A stretch of 64,000 bases of DNA from Candidatus Brocadiia bacterium (lineage in GTDB: Bacteria; Planctomycetota; Brocadiia; CAIUPP01): positions 160,001-224,000 of the forward strand of contig JBEKCB010000001.1 of assembly GCA_050015075.1 (NCBI GenBank). Direction: 5' to 3'. Made by a program: the position numbers and the translations under genes. Positions 37,449 through 47,525 of the stretch are shown here, piece after piece (position 1 is the first letter of the stretch; each line of letters opens with the position of its first letter). Below the pieces are notes generated by a model, which was given only the letters and a program-made list of their open reading frames with translations, was not told the DNA's origin and made no database searches.

Positions 37449-38315
37449 ATGAAAGCCCGCGTCGGCTGCATTCCGTGCTTCGTCAAGCAGGGCCTGAGCG
37501 CCGTGCGGCTTTCGACGCAGGACCCCGCCGAGCAGCAGCGCGTCCTCGACGAAGTGCTGCGGCGGATTCAGGGCCTCTCGCTCGACGAGACGCCCGCGCT
37601 CCTGAGCCAGATCGTCTACGCGGCCGCTCGCGAGATGACCGGCGTCGCCGACCCGTTCGCCGAGGCGCGCCGCCGGACGAATCAGCTCGCGCTGGCGCTG
37701 CTGCCCGACCTGCGCCGCCGCATCGCCGCCTCGCCCGACCCGCTGCATACCGCCATCAAAGTGGCGCTCATCGGGAACGTCGTGGACCTGGGCATCGCCG
37801 GGCACGCATTCGACCTCGAGCGCGACATCGCCCAGGGGCTCGACGCCGCCCTGGCCGTGGACGATTACCCCGCGTTCCTCGCCGCGCTGAATGGGTGCCA
37901 ACGGCTGCTCTACATCTGCGACAACTCCGGCGAAATCGCGTTCGACCGGCTGCTCATCGAGGACCTCCGCGCGCGCTGCCGGGTCACCGCCTCGGTCAAA
38001 TCGCGGCCGATCATCAACGACGCGACGATGCAGGACGCCGAGGAGGTCGGCCTGCCCGCCGTCGCCGAGGTGATCGAGACCGGCTCGGACGACATCGGCG
38101 TCAACTGGAAGCGCGCCTCGCGCCAATTCGTCGAGGCGTTCCGCGCCGCCGACCTGGTGCTCGCCAAGGGCCAGGGGAATTTCGAGACGCTCGACGAGAC
38201 GCCCGGCGAGATTTTCTTCCTGCTCAAAGCCAAATGCCCCGAGGTCGCCGCAGAGCTCGGCGTAGCCGAAGGCGCCCACATCTTCCTCCGCAGCCGCGCA
38301 CGCCGTCCTCGCTAG
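37449..38315 (+). CDS. DUF89/ARMT1-like metal-dependent phosphatase
   Basis: C.PC, GNVVDLG, DNSGEIAFD, PIINDAT, AKGQGNFETL, KAKC. Confidence 0.92.
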   Translation: MKARVGCIPCFVKQGLSAVRLSTQDPAEQQRVLDEVLRRIQGLSLDETPALLSQIVYAAAREMTGVADPFAEARRRTNQLALALLPDLRRRIAASPDPLHTAIKVALIGNVVDLGIAGHAFDLERDIAQGLDAALAVDDYPAFLAALNGCQRLLYICDNSGEIAFDRLLIEDLRARCRVTASVKSRPIINDATMQDAEEVGLPAVAEVIETGSDDIGVNWKRASRQFVEAFRAADLVLAKGQGNFETLDETPGEIFFLLKAKCPEVAAELGVAEGAHIFLRSRARRPR

Positions 38316-38523
38316 GATTCCAGGTTCGAGTTCTGGATGCTCAGCCATCCAGTGCGGTACGGTAAACCGGAACCTTGCGGAGGAACGTCTCTATGGCGAT
38401 CTGGTCTGGTTGGACGGTGAGGCGTTCTACGCCGACGCGGAGCCAGCCTCGGCGCTCTTCGGGTGTGCCGTTAACGGGGCCAGGTCTCACGTCAAACTGC
38501 AATCCTTTTGCCGAAGCAGGGCT

Positions 38524-39552
38524 CTACGGTTTGCCGGTCTGCGCGTCGCGGAAACTTCGCCAATGGAAGTCGAGCACCATTTCGCTCGCGTCGCGCCAGA
38601 AAGGCCATTCATGCTTGCCGGGCGACTCCATGGAGAGGAAGTTGATCCTGCGCGCCGCCAGCAAGTCAGCCGTCAGCTTGTCCCGCTTCTCCTTGTCGGG
38701 CTGGTTGGCGGCCTCCTTCGCCGCCTCGTCGGCGATGATCCGGTTCTGCTCGACAAGGAACCGTGCCATTTCCCGGTTCTCCGCCAGCAGGCCGTAGCCG
38801 TCCTCCGTGCTACACCAGAGCATCATGGGCGGCAGCTTGACGTGCTTTTTCACAGCCTCTTCAATGCGGCTGGGGATGTCGAGCCTGGCGTATTCCTCCT
38901 TGTTCTGATCAGGATCGCCCAGCAGGGCCACCAGGTCGTAGCCGGCCTTGGCCGCCTTGTCGCTCAGGCGAAAGTAGTCCGAGCTGAGCGCGCTCACGGA
39001 GGCGAACAGCGCCGGCTTGCAGAGCATGTAGTGTAAGGCCCCAAAACCGCCCATGGAGAAGCCGGTCACGCCGCGGAGGCCGCTGGTGCGGTAATGGGTC
39101 TCGACGTAGGGTAGAAATTCGTCGAAGAAGAAGGTAGCGAACTTGGAGTCGGGTTTTCGCGTGGCGTCGATGTACCAGCCGAGTTGGTCGCCGTCGAAGC
39201 TGGCGACGATCATGGGCCGCAGCCGCAGGGCCCGGCGGAGCGGGGCCATCTCGCTCCAGCAGGCGTATGGCGCGAACCCGCCGTGGAGGGCGTAGAGAAC
39301 GGGGTAGCGCTGGTTGAGGTTATCCTTGTACTCCGGCGGCAGCACGACCAGGGCGCGAATCGGTCGCTTCATCGAGGGCGATGGCACGTCGAACCGTTCG
39401 ACGATGCACCCCTCGGACATGACCGTAACCGCTGGGGGCGCCGGCGCGGAAGCGGAGGGCACCTCCCTTGCGGACTGTGCCGCCGCCTGCGAGAACGCTC
39501 GCGAGAACAGCGCGCTGCATACAACCGAGACGAGAATGATCGGGATCTTCAC
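38524..39552 (-). CDS. Secreted alpha/beta-hydrolase (putative esterase)
   Basis: Signal peptide, YPVLYALHG, nucleophile motif GFSMGG, PGKHEWPFW. Confidence 0.9.
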   Translation of the reverse strand: MKIPIILVSVVCSALFSRAFSQAAAQSAREVPSASAPAPPAVTVMSEGCIVERFDVPSPSMKRPIRALVVLPPEYKDNLNQRYPVLYALHGGFAPYACWSEMAPLRRALRLRPMIVASFDGDQLGWYIDATRKPDSKFATFFFDEFLPYVETHYRTSGLRGVTGFSMGGFGALHYMLCKPALFASVSALSSDYFRLSDKAAKAGYDLVALLGDPDQNKEEYARLDIPSRIEEAVKKHVKLPPMMLWCSTEDGYGLLAENREMARFLVEQNRIIADEAAKEAANQPDKEKRDKLTADLLAARRINFLSMESPGKHEWPFWRDASEMVLDFHWRSFRDAQTGKP

Positions 39553-39692
39553 CCTGGATTCTCCCCATCCGACCTTTCCTATTTGACCGTCCTCCATAGG
39601 ACAATCAGCTTTCAAACGTGAGACTGTACTTTCAAAGTGCCCGCTGCCAATGCGAATTCGCCAAGGACTATACAAAGCTTATGTGGCGTCGC

Positions 39693-40775
39693 CTAGCCCT
39701 CCGCCTGTCCGTAGGCCGTGGGCAGACGCGGGCTGAAGCGTTCCTTGCAGCCCCAATCGAGGAATGTTTCGACGGCGACATAAAATGTCTCGAGCGCCTC
39801 CTCGAACGTCCATCCGCCGGTGGAAGCCTGCTCAAAGGTGGCCGCCAGCGCGCCGCTAGCCATGCCGCAGCAGGCATCAATATTCAGCGCACAGCGTTGG
39901 ATCATCGGATGGACCGGCGCCGGCCGCAGACCGGCCGCCTGGAGAGCATCGAAGACCCGCTGTTTGTAGGCGTGAACCCTCTCGACGTGCAATGGATAGG
40001 CCAGGAGCGACGCCCCGAGGAGTTGGCCGCCCATCCCATGCGAGTGCATGTTCAGGAAGAGATCGGCCTGCTCCTCGGCCACCAGCTTCAGGATCCCCGC
40101 GGCCTCCTTCGTTTGCAGTTGCCCCGGATTGGCGTCGTGCTGGATGTTGAACCCATCGCCGTTGGGATAGCCGCCCGGATGGGCGACCCGGTCGAGAGGC
40201 AGCGGTGCCCACTCCTTGCAGCCGGGATACCCGATCAGCCGCCCGTCCAGCCAGGAGCCCTGATTGGACCGGACGAATTCCTCGTCGGAGGCGCCACGGA
40301 GGTGATCCGGGCTTACCGCGCGGCCGTCCATGTTGATGCAAGGGATAATAATGAAGCGGTACCCGGCGATCAACTCGACCAATCCCGGCCGCTCCCGCCC
40401 GCGCAGGTCTTGGCTCGTTTCCAGCAGCGTAATCAGGTTAACCGCCCCGGCGGCGGACTCGGACTCGGCCCCATGTATGCAGCAGCCCAGGATGACAACC
40501 TGTGGGCCGGCCTCGTCGGTCTTGTAGGTCGCCACATTGCCGGAGGCTGAGCTGCTGGCCCACGTCGCCGTGCCGGCCTTGGCCCGCGGCGGACCGTAGG
40601 CGACCGACCAGACGGGGAAGCCGCCGGGCGTCTCGGCGATCTGCTCCGCGTGGCCTCTTTTTACGCCCTTGACGACCTTGATGATCTCCTCGGGGCGAAC
40701 CTGCCACCACCCCGGTCGCTCCGCCAGGCCGGGAATCTCGTGCCGCAAGAACTTCAATTTCACCCTCTTCGCCAC
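39693..40775 (-). CDS. M14 family zinc carboxypeptidase-like protein
   Basis: HxxE (IHGAESE), IPCINMDGR, LNMHSH, C-terminal TFE. Confidence 0.82.
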   Translation of the reverse strand: MAKRVKLKFLRHEIPGLAERPGWWQVRPEEIIKVVKGVKRGHAEQIAETPGGFPVWSVAYGPPRAKAGTATWASSSASGNVATYKTDEAGPQVVILGCCIHGAESESAAGAVNLITLLETSQDLRGRERPGLVELIAGYRFIIIPCINMDGRAVSPDHLRGASDEEFVRSNQGSWLDGRLIGYPGCKEWAPLPLDRVAHPGGYPNGDGFNIQHDANPGQLQTKEAAGILKLVAEEQADLFLNMHSHGMGGQLLGASLLAYPLHVERVHAYKQRVFDALQAAGLRPAPVHPMIQRCALNIDACCGMASGALAATFEQASTGGWTFEEALETFYVAVETFLDWGCKERFSPRLPTAYGQAEG

Positions 40776-40808
40776 GATGTCTTCTCCGCTGTGATCGGAA
40801 ACACCCGG

Positions 40809-43091
40809 TTACTGTTTGAACTGATACGCTCCGATGTCGGGAGCCTGGCCCGCCGGAATCTTGACCCCGGCCTTGTCTTCCTTCAGCCCCAAGTCCGCAC
40901 CGGCCTTGATGGCCGGGCTGCCCGCCCGCAGATGGAAGTCGCCGTGCTCCGGATCGACGAAGATTTTCTTCAGGTCCGCTTCGAAAAGTTCACCCTCGCT
41001 GAGCTTGTGGTCGGCCTGGCGGTTGCCCCATTTGGTGTAGAGGTTGTGGTCGAAGGTGGCGATCAGGTGGGTCGGTCTATCGGCGCCGAGGCCGTCGATG
41101 ATGTTGTTGCGGAAGACGACGTTTTCGAACTTGCTGTTGTTGGAGAAGACGGCGGTTTCCCAGTCGCTGCCGAGGTTGGCGCGGACCAGAGTATTGTTCA
41201 GGAACTGGACGTTCTTCAGGCCTATATCGTCCGCGGACCAGATGCCGACGGCGAAGGCCTTGTTGCTGCCGTCTAAAATATTGTTGCGGACGATCACGTT
41301 CTCGGCGTCTTTGATGGTCATGGCGACGTTGGAGTCGTGGACTTCGTTGCGCTCGATGACGATGTTTTTGTTGCCCACGTAGAACGTCAGGCCGTTGGAA
41401 TGCATGCCGCGGATGTCGGTGACCAGGTTGTCCTGGACCTTGCCGTCGGTGCAGGTGTAGTAATCTACGGCTGTTCCCGTGGTCTTGACGATGCGGCAGA
41501 AGCGCGTGACCGCGTTGTGGCACTTGTAAATGACCATACCGCGGCAATCGGGGCCGCCGCAATGATGGATGTAGCACTTTTCGACCACGACGCCGTCCGT
41601 ATTGCTGACGCCCAGCGCCGGCGAACCCTGGACCAGGGTGATCTCGCAATCGGCGATGGTCAGGTCGGCGCCGCCCTCGGCGCTGATGCCGCTGACTCTG
41701 CTGCCGTGCCCCTGGTGCCGCACGATGAAGCCCCGCAGGGCGACGTGTGCAGCGCCGGTCAGCGCGAAGCCGTGCGACCGGACCGAGTTGTAAACCTGCG
41801 CCGGCTGGTCGCCCTCAACCTGTTCCGGCAGATAGAAGACCCGCCAGACCTTCTTGTCCGCCGTTGGTTCGAGGCTGTATTCGCCGGGCCGGCCGATCAG
41901 CCGCACCGAGTTGTAGAAGCTGTACCTCGAGGTATTGTAGGTCACTTCCGGAAAATAGGTGAAGCATAGCCGGTGCGCCGCCGGGTCGAACTTCTTCACC
42001 TCCTGAAAGGAGACCCAGTTGTTGCCCCCGTGCACTCCGACCGTCATGCCGTCGTAATAGTGCGGATCGGCCTGGGTCAGCACCTTCGTGTCGGTGATGG
42101 TCGTCAGCAGTTCGCCCGCTTCGAAAACGTTTTTGCCCTCGGGCGTCCAGGCCCCGACCCGGGCGATCTTGGTCCAGTCGTCCTTCGCGCCCTCATAGGC
42201 CGAGAGCAGCTTGAAGGTCAGTTTCTTCACCGTCACCGGCGCCGGCAGATCGAACTTCTGAATCTCCTTGGCGTCGCGGGCCAGCGTCACCTTCAGCAGT
42301 TCCTTGCCGTCACCCAGGAAGGCCACTTCCTTCACCGCCGGGTAATTCGGCTGCGGCTCGATGCCCACCGTCTTCACCGTCACCGACTTGTTCAGTTCCA
42401 CGGTGAAGGCGCCGCCGGTAATCGGCTGGACCACCGCGGGCTGGCCGATGATTACACCGCTCAGCGGCGAGTCAGAATTGCCCATCGTTCCAGGTTCATA
42501 ATAGATTTTTCCCGGAAAAGTCGACGCCATTCTGCCCGGGGCCTCGTAGAACTCTTTCACCGTCTCCTGAAAGAACGGGTCCGACATCTTGGGTTCCTGG
42601 GCCACGGCCACGGCCTTGTCGGCGGCGCAGAGGTTGAAATTCTTCCAGTCGGCCGGCCCGGGCACGTCCGTATAGAAGATCTCCTTCCACTTCGGATTGC
42701 CCTTGGCCTCCTCGGCTGAAGCCGGGTGCTTCCAGCCCGCCAGCGGCGCCCCGCCGTCGATAATCGCCCGGCCCGTGCCGAACTTGCCCGCCGTGTTGCC
42801 GTCGAAAGTGATCGGTTTGCCGGCCTCGCCGCTCGAAGTGATCGCAATCTCACCGTAATAGGTCACGCCGCCCTTGAAGATCACCGTATCGCCGGGCGCC
42901 AACGTGGTCGTCTTGGCCGTGCCCGTGGCCGCCGCGTCGCCGGGAGAGTGTTTGAAAGCCTTCTCGGCCGCTGTCCCGGCGTTGGTGTCGTTGCCGCCGT
43001 TGAAATCAACGTAGTAGGCGGCCGCGTGGGACAGGCCACAAAGTCCCAACAGCAAAACCACGACCAGACCAAAACGCCAGGCAATCCTCAT
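40809..43091 (-). CDS. Secreted right-handed parallel beta-helix protein with a discoidin-like insert
   Basis: Signal peptide; YYVDF.GGND.NAGT, LAPGDTVIFKGG, repeated .I.NN. strands, DFHL..GSPAI.AG, PDIGAYQ. Confidence 0.85.
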   Translation of the reverse strand: MRIAWRFGLVVVLLLGLCGLSHAAAYYVDFNGGNDTNAGTAAEKAFKHSPGDAAATGTAKTTTLAPGDTVIFKGGVTYYGEIAITSSGEAGKPITFDGNTAGKFGTGRAIIDGGAPLAGWKHPASAEEAKGNPKWKEIFYTDVPGPADWKNFNLCAADKAVAVAQEPKMSDPFFQETVKEFYEAPGRMASTFPGKIYYEPGTMGNSDSPLSGVIIGQPAVVQPITGGAFTVELNKSVTVKTVGIEPQPNYPAVKEVAFLGDGKELLKVTLARDAKEIQKFDLPAPVTVKKLTFKLLSAYEGAKDDWTKIARVGAWTPEGKNVFEAGELLTTITDTKVLTQADPHYYDGMTVGVHGGNNWVSFQEVKKFDPAAHRLCFTYFPEVTYNTSRYSFYNSVRLIGRPGEYSLEPTADKKVWRVFYLPEQVEGDQPAQVYNSVRSHGFALTGAAHVALRGFIVRHQGHGSRVSGISAEGGADLTIADCEITLVQGSPALGVSNTDGVVVEKCYIHHCGGPDCRGMVIYKCHNAVTRFCRIVKTTGTAVDYYTCTDGKVQDNLVTDIRGMHSNGLTFYVGNKNIVIERNEVHDSNVAMTIKDAENVIVRNNILDGSNKAFAVGIWSADDIGLKNVQFLNNTLVRANLGSDWETAVFSNNSKFENVVFRNNIIDGLGADRPTHLIATFDHNLYTKWGNRQADHKLSEGELFEADLKKIFVDPEHGDFHLRAGSPAIKAGADLGLKEDKAGVKIPAGQAPDIGAYQFKQ

Positions 43092-43306
43092 TTTCGTTCC
43101 CGTTCTCTTTAGGTTCTGTGCGCCAGGTTTAACCCCATCGTCGTTCAGGCGGTAAGCCTTCAGCATGGCTGTGTCAGGCCATGCGCCATCGAGCCGGACG
43201 TAACGGGGAAAAGTTTCTCCCCGCAGTTGCTGCGTTGTGTCACGAGTGAAACGCTACCGTCGGGATTTGCTCATCGCGCACATAGCGGTCGGCCTTCAAA
43301 TGTCGG

Positions 43307-43335
43307 ATTCTGAACTTCGCAATCCCGCCTGTCAA
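43307..43335 (-). promoter_or_regulatory. Putative sigma70 promoter of the beta-helix gene
   Basis: Minus strand TTGACA-17 nt-CAGAAT. Confidence 0.55.
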
Positions 43336-43512
43336 GCGCAAGCCGGCCGGCGTGTTCCAGGAAGTTGCCCGCCAACAGATGCGTAAGCCGATGTTCTGTA
43401 ATAGGATACGCACCTGCGCACCCCTCGCACGCCTGTGGGGAAAGAGGAGCCGGAGTAGTTTATCGTAGGAGCTGTTTAGCCAGCCATTCGGGACCACTGA
43501 CCGCCTGCGCTA

Positions 43513-44388
43513 TCACCTGCTTCTGGGGTCAAGCGCGTCGCGCAGGCCGTCGCCTAGCAGGTTGAACGCCAGCACGGTCAGAGCGATGGCGGCGCCGGGG
43601 AAGGCGCACATCCACCAGTAGTGCGTCATGCTCTGGCGCGCCTCGGCGAGCATTCCGCCCCAGGACGGATGCGGCGGCTGAACGCCGATGCCCAGGAAGC
43701 TCAGCCCCGCCTCGCCGAGGATGTTGCCCGCCACGAGCAGCGTCGCGGTCACGATCACCGGCGCGAGGCAGTTCGGCAGGATGTGCCGGAAGAGGATCCG
43801 CAGCCGGCCCGCGCCGAGGGCCGCCGCAGCGGTGACGAATTCTTCCTCGCGCAGCGCCAGCACCTGGCCGCGCACGATCCGCGCCACGCCGCTCCAGCCG
43901 ACCAGCCCGAGCGCGACGAACACCACCGCCAGCGACGGCCGCCGGAACGCCGCCGTGATCGCCACCGCCAGCAGGATTCCGGGGAACGCGCTGAAGACAT
44001 CCGCCGTCCGCATCAGCGCCTCGTCCGTCCATTTCCCGAAGTAGCCGGCCAGCGCGCCCGCGACGACGCCGATCAGCACCGACACCGCCGTCGCCGTGAC
44101 CGCCACATCGAGCGACACCCGCGCGCCGTAGAGCACGCGGCTCAGCAGGTCGCGCGCGAGCGGGTCCACGCCCATCCAGTGGCGCGCGCTGGGTCCCTGC
44201 TCGGCGTCCTCGCGGAGCTGCGCGTCGTAGGCATACGGCGCCAGCGCCGGCGCCAGCAGCGCCGCCAGCGCCATCGCGCCGACGATGACCGCGCCGGCCA
44301 GCGCCGTCCGGCTGCGCCGGAATTTCCGCCAGCCCAGCCGCCACGGGCCGATCCCGCGCGGCTCAATCTTGCACTCCGCACTCCGCAT
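43513..44388 (-). CDS. Peptide ABC transporter permease (OppC/DppC-like)
   Basis: HWMGVDPLARD, ARIVRGQVL..RE.EFV.AA.ALG, EAGLSFLGIG, NLLGDGLRDALDP. Confidence 0.93.
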   Translation of the reverse strand: MRSAECKIEPRGIGPWRLGWRKFRRSRTALAGAVIVGAMALAALLAPALAPYAYDAQLREDAEQGPSARHWMGVDPLARDLLSRVLYGARVSLDVAVTATAVSVLIGVVAGALAGYFGKWTDEALMRTADVFSAFPGILLAVAITAAFRRPSLAVVFVALGLVGWSGVARIVRGQVLALREEEFVTAAAALGAGRLRILFRHILPNCLAPVIVTATLLVAGNILGEAGLSFLGIGVQPPHPSWGGMLAEARQSMTHYWWMCAFPGAAIALTVLAFNLLGDGLRDALDPRSR

Positions 44389-44403
44389 TCCGCACTCCGC
44401 ACT
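44371..44403. repeat. Single-arm 7-nt tandem repeat (ACTCCGC) at the permease junction
   Basis: actccgc-actccgc-attccgc-actccgc. Confidence 0.8.
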
Positions 44404-44406
44404 TGA

Positions 44407-45333
44407 CTACTCGTATCGGATTCTCGGGTCCAGCCACACATAGACCAAGTCCACGATCAGATTCACGACGACGAACGTCGCCGCGAGCCACATGACCGCG
44501 CCGACGACCACCGGGTAATCGCGCCCGGAGATGGCGTCCAGGATCGCGCTGCCGATGCCGGGGATGTTGAAGACCGTCTCCGTCAGCACCGCGCCGGAAA
44601 GAAGCCCGGCGAGGGACGAGCCGATGAGCGTCACGATCGGGATCAGCGCGTTGCGCAAGCCGTGCCGGAGCACCACCCGCCATTCCGCCAGTCCCTTGGC
44701 GCGCGCGGTGCGGATGTAGTCGCGGCCGAGCGTCTCGAGCAGGCTCGATCGCGTCAGCCGCGCGATGCCCGCCGCCGTCACCGACCCGAGCGCCGCGCAC
44801 GGCAGCGCGAAATAGCGCAGGTTCAGCGGCTCGTAACCGCTCACCGCGAAGAACGATCCCGGCCCGGTCAGCAGCAGGATCAGCAGCATCCCGAGCCAGA
44901 AGACCGGCAGCGAGACGCCCGCGAGCGCCGCGAGCATGCAGGCCGCGTCCACGACCGATCGCGGACGCGCCGCGCTGAGCACTCCGGCCGCGATCCCAAG
45001 CGCCAGCGCGAAGAGCAGCGAGCCGAGCGCGAGCTGGAGCGTCGGCAGGAAACGCTCGAGCAGGATGCCCGCGACCGGCTGGTCGCTGCGGATGGACTCG
45101 CCCAGGTCGCCGCGGACCGCGCGGCCGAGGAAGAACAGGTACTGCGTCCCGAGCGGCGCGTCGAGGTGGTGGCGCGCGCGGATCGCCGCCAGCGCGCGCG
45201 CGTCGGTCCCCTGCGGCGAGAGCAGCGCCGCCGGGTCGCCCGGCAGCACGTACATCACCGCGAACGCGGCCAGGCTGATCCCGAGCAGCACCGGCACCAG
45301 GTTGAGCAGCCGCCGAAGGATGAATCGTTTCAT
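44407..45333 (-). CDS. Peptide ABC transporter permease (OppB/DppB-like)
   Basis: FILRRL, GDLGES, DYIRTARAKGL, H.LRNALIP, ETVF..PGIG, LDPRIR. Confidence 0.94.
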   Translation of the reverse strand: MKRFILRRLLNLVPVLLGISLAAFAVMYVLPGDPAALLSPQGTDARALAAIRARHHLDAPLGTQYLFFLGRAVRGDLGESIRSDQPVAGILLERFLPTLQLALGSLLFALALGIAAGVLSAARPRSVVDAACMLAALAGVSLPVFWLGMLLILLLTGPGSFFAVSGYEPLNLRYFALPCAALGSVTAAGIARLTRSSLLETLGRDYIRTARAKGLAEWRVVLRHGLRNALIPIVTLIGSSLAGLLSGAVLTETVFNIPGIGSAILDAISGRDYPVVVGAVMWLAATFVVVNLIVDLVYVWLDPRIRYE

Positions 45334-45432
45334 GGAAACAGTATACTCGGCCCGCGAGGCCGCGCAATAGAAGCCGGCTGCTTGAGCGGCGCGGGCGGAC
45401 GATTGGGGCGCATCGTCAGGCGGCCTTGCGGA

Positions 45433-46323
45433 CTACGCCAACGCGAGGTTCGAGCCGACGCGGGTCGCCTTGTCGTGGAACTCGACGACGCGCGACATCT
45501 CGGCATCCATCGCGGGGTTGCCCAGGTGCTCGATCAACTCGCACGTCGCGAAGCTCTCCGCCTTTCTGGAGTAATCGTCGCACCAGGTTTTCACTTTCTG
45601 CACTGTGGCCTCGTCCGGCCAGGGATAATGAATCCTCAGCGGCTTCATTCCGCAGCGCCACGGTTTGGGCGTCAGCCGCGCTCGGAAGGAACCCTGCGTC
45701 TTGCAGAGCGCTACGTATCGCGGATCGGCGCCGAGCGCTTCCATCGCCCTGAGCGCGCCCTCGGAATCCGGCTCCATGCGGCCGTGCGTCATCAGGTATC
45801 TCAGCCCGCCGCGCGTCTGGTACACTCGCACACCGAAGTCGGGCGCCTGGGCGACCGTGGACCGGATTTTGCCGAGAGCGTTGTCCCGCTCGCGCTCCGC
45901 CCGACTGGGTGCGCCCAGGCCGACCAGCCGCTTGAGCCCGCCCGTGAAAACATCCCAGACTGAATCTTCCGGCAGGTCAATGTCCACGAACATGATCGCC
46001 GCCGTATTGAGCACCTCGCAACCGTAGACGTTGCGAGTGACCGCCGCCCAGGTCTCGCCTGCATCATTTTTCCACTCGTCGAGCACCGCCTCGTGGACCG
46101 GCCGGTCGCCATAGGAATACCGCTTGGGAGGATGCCGGGCATCGAACGCCCCCGTCGGCCACATTGCCGCGATGGCCCTGGCTCGCTGGTTGCCTCTCTC
46201 TATCGCATCGCTCAGGCTCACATCGGACCAGCCCCAGCAGGTCAAACGCGTGGTTTTCAAGTCTATGTTGCTTCTGCTCGGGAACGTCGTGGTGCTCTTC
46301 GCCCAGTATCGCGGAATTTTCAT
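45433..46323 (-). CDS. Hypothetical protein with possible AEP/primase-like motifs
   Basis: 296-aa ORF; MFVDID, RVYQTRGGLR, DPRY...FRARL. Confidence 0.7.
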   Translation of the reverse strand: MKIPRYWAKSTTTFPSRSNIDLKTTRLTCWGWSDVSLSDAIERGNQRARAIAAMWPTGAFDARHPPKRYSYGDRPVHEAVLDEWKNDAGETWAAVTRNVYGCEVLNTAAIMFVDIDLPEDSVWDVFTGGLKRLVGLGAPSRAERERDNALGKIRSTVAQAPDFGVRVYQTRGGLRYLMTHGRMEPDSEGALRAMEALGADPRYVALCKTQGSFRARLTPKPWRCGMKPLRIHYPWPDEATVQKVKTWCDDYSRKAESFATCELIEHLGNPAMDAEMSRVVEFHDKATRVGSNLALA

Positions 46324-46436
46324 CTTGCGGTCCTCCGCATTTTATCCGCGACGGCGCGAAAGGCGGCCCGCTGCAAGCCCGCGCTGAAAAAACCGTTCGC
46401 GCTTTCGCGGTCCATAAAATCGCGAGTGGGCCGGCG

Positions 46437-47333
46437 CTATCGCAGTTCGTCTTCGAGGGCGGCGATCCGCTGCTTCGCCTGCTCGACGACGGCCGGCGGG
46501 GCCGACGCGGAGAGCTTGACCACCTTGCGATATTCCTCCAGCGCCTCGCTGCGGCGACCGAGGAACTCGAGGATGCGCGCCCTGTCCGCGTGCGCCACGG
46601 GCTGATGGGGATCCACGTCAAGCGCCCGGTCCATGTCCGCCAGCGCGCGGGCCAGGTCGGTTTTTTCCTCGAGGTACGCCAGGCCGCGCTCGTGGTAAGC
46701 GGTGTAATCGCGCGGGTTCAGCTTGATGGCCTCGCTGAAGTCCGCAAGCGCCAGGTCGTAACGCGCGGTCTGGGCATACGCCATCCCGCGGCCGCAGAAC
46801 GCCTCGGCGCGCTGCGGGTCCAGCGCGATGGCGGCGGTGTAGTCCGCGATGCTGCGGTCGTCCTGCTGGTCCATCCGGTCCACGTCGCCGCGCCGGCAGT
46901 ACGCCAGCGCGTTCTCCGGATCCAGGGCGAGCGCTTTCGAGTAGTCGGCGCGGGCGAGCGCCGGATCGCCGGCGAGCTGGTGCAGCATCCCGCGGTTCAC
47001 GTAAACCTGCGAAACCCCGGGCGCCAGCTCGATGGCCTTGTCATAGTCCGCCAGCGCGCGCGGATAGTCCTTCTTCGCGTCCCGGTAAATCGTGGCGCGG
47101 TTCGAGTAATACACCGCGATGAGGGTCCCCGTCGATGTGACGGGGATGGCCTGGTCGAGCGCGGCGAGCGCCGCGTCCGCGTCGAGGCCGGGCGGCAGGC
47201 TTGAAACGAGTTCGGTCATTATCTCCGACAACGCCGCCTTGGAATCCGGGGCCGTCCTGCAGCCGCCGATGAACGCGCACGCCGCGCAGAGGATCGCGAG
47301 GACCGTCGCGCGCCCGAGGATGCCCTTCGTCAT
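46437..47333 (-). CDS. TPR lipoprotein
   Basis: Lipobox IGGC; repeated ALADY.KAI.L.P TPR units. Confidence 0.88.
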   Translation of the reverse strand: MTKGILGRATVLAILCAACAFIGGCRTAPDSKAALSEIMTELVSSLPPGLDADAALAALDQAIPVTSTGTLIAVYYSNRATIYRDAKKDYPRALADYDKAIELAPGVSQVYVNRGMLHQLAGDPALARADYSKALALDPENALAYCRRGDVDRMDQQDDRSIADYTAAIALDPQRAEAFCGRGMAYAQTARYDLALADFSEAIKLNPRDYTAYHERGLAYLEEKTDLARALADMDRALDVDPHQPVAHADRARILEFLGRRSEALEEYRKVVKLSASAPPAVVEQAKQRIAALEDELR

Positions 47334-47458
47334 GCCGTTTGACCCTTTCCGGACTTCAGCCGGGCTCCGGCGGCGGCGCGAAACGGCCTGCGGCCGCCGC
47401 GAGCGCTGTTCCAATATTTTACCGGCCCCGTATAATTTCACAAGCCTTGTGCGCGTTC

Positions 47459-47487
47459 TTGACGCGGCTGGAAGGAGAAGCTATTCT
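47459..47487 (+). promoter_or_regulatory. Putative promoter of the sdh operon
   Basis: TTGACG-17 nt-TATTCT. Confidence 0.6.
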
Positions 47488-47525
47488 GCAAGTATCCTCG
47501 CAGCGCTGAATTGGGGAAGCGGGCA

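Noticed and set aside
43092-43300. Riboswitch in the leader of the beta-helix gene
   Set aside because: Only small hairpins are seen, with no recognisable aptamer consensus
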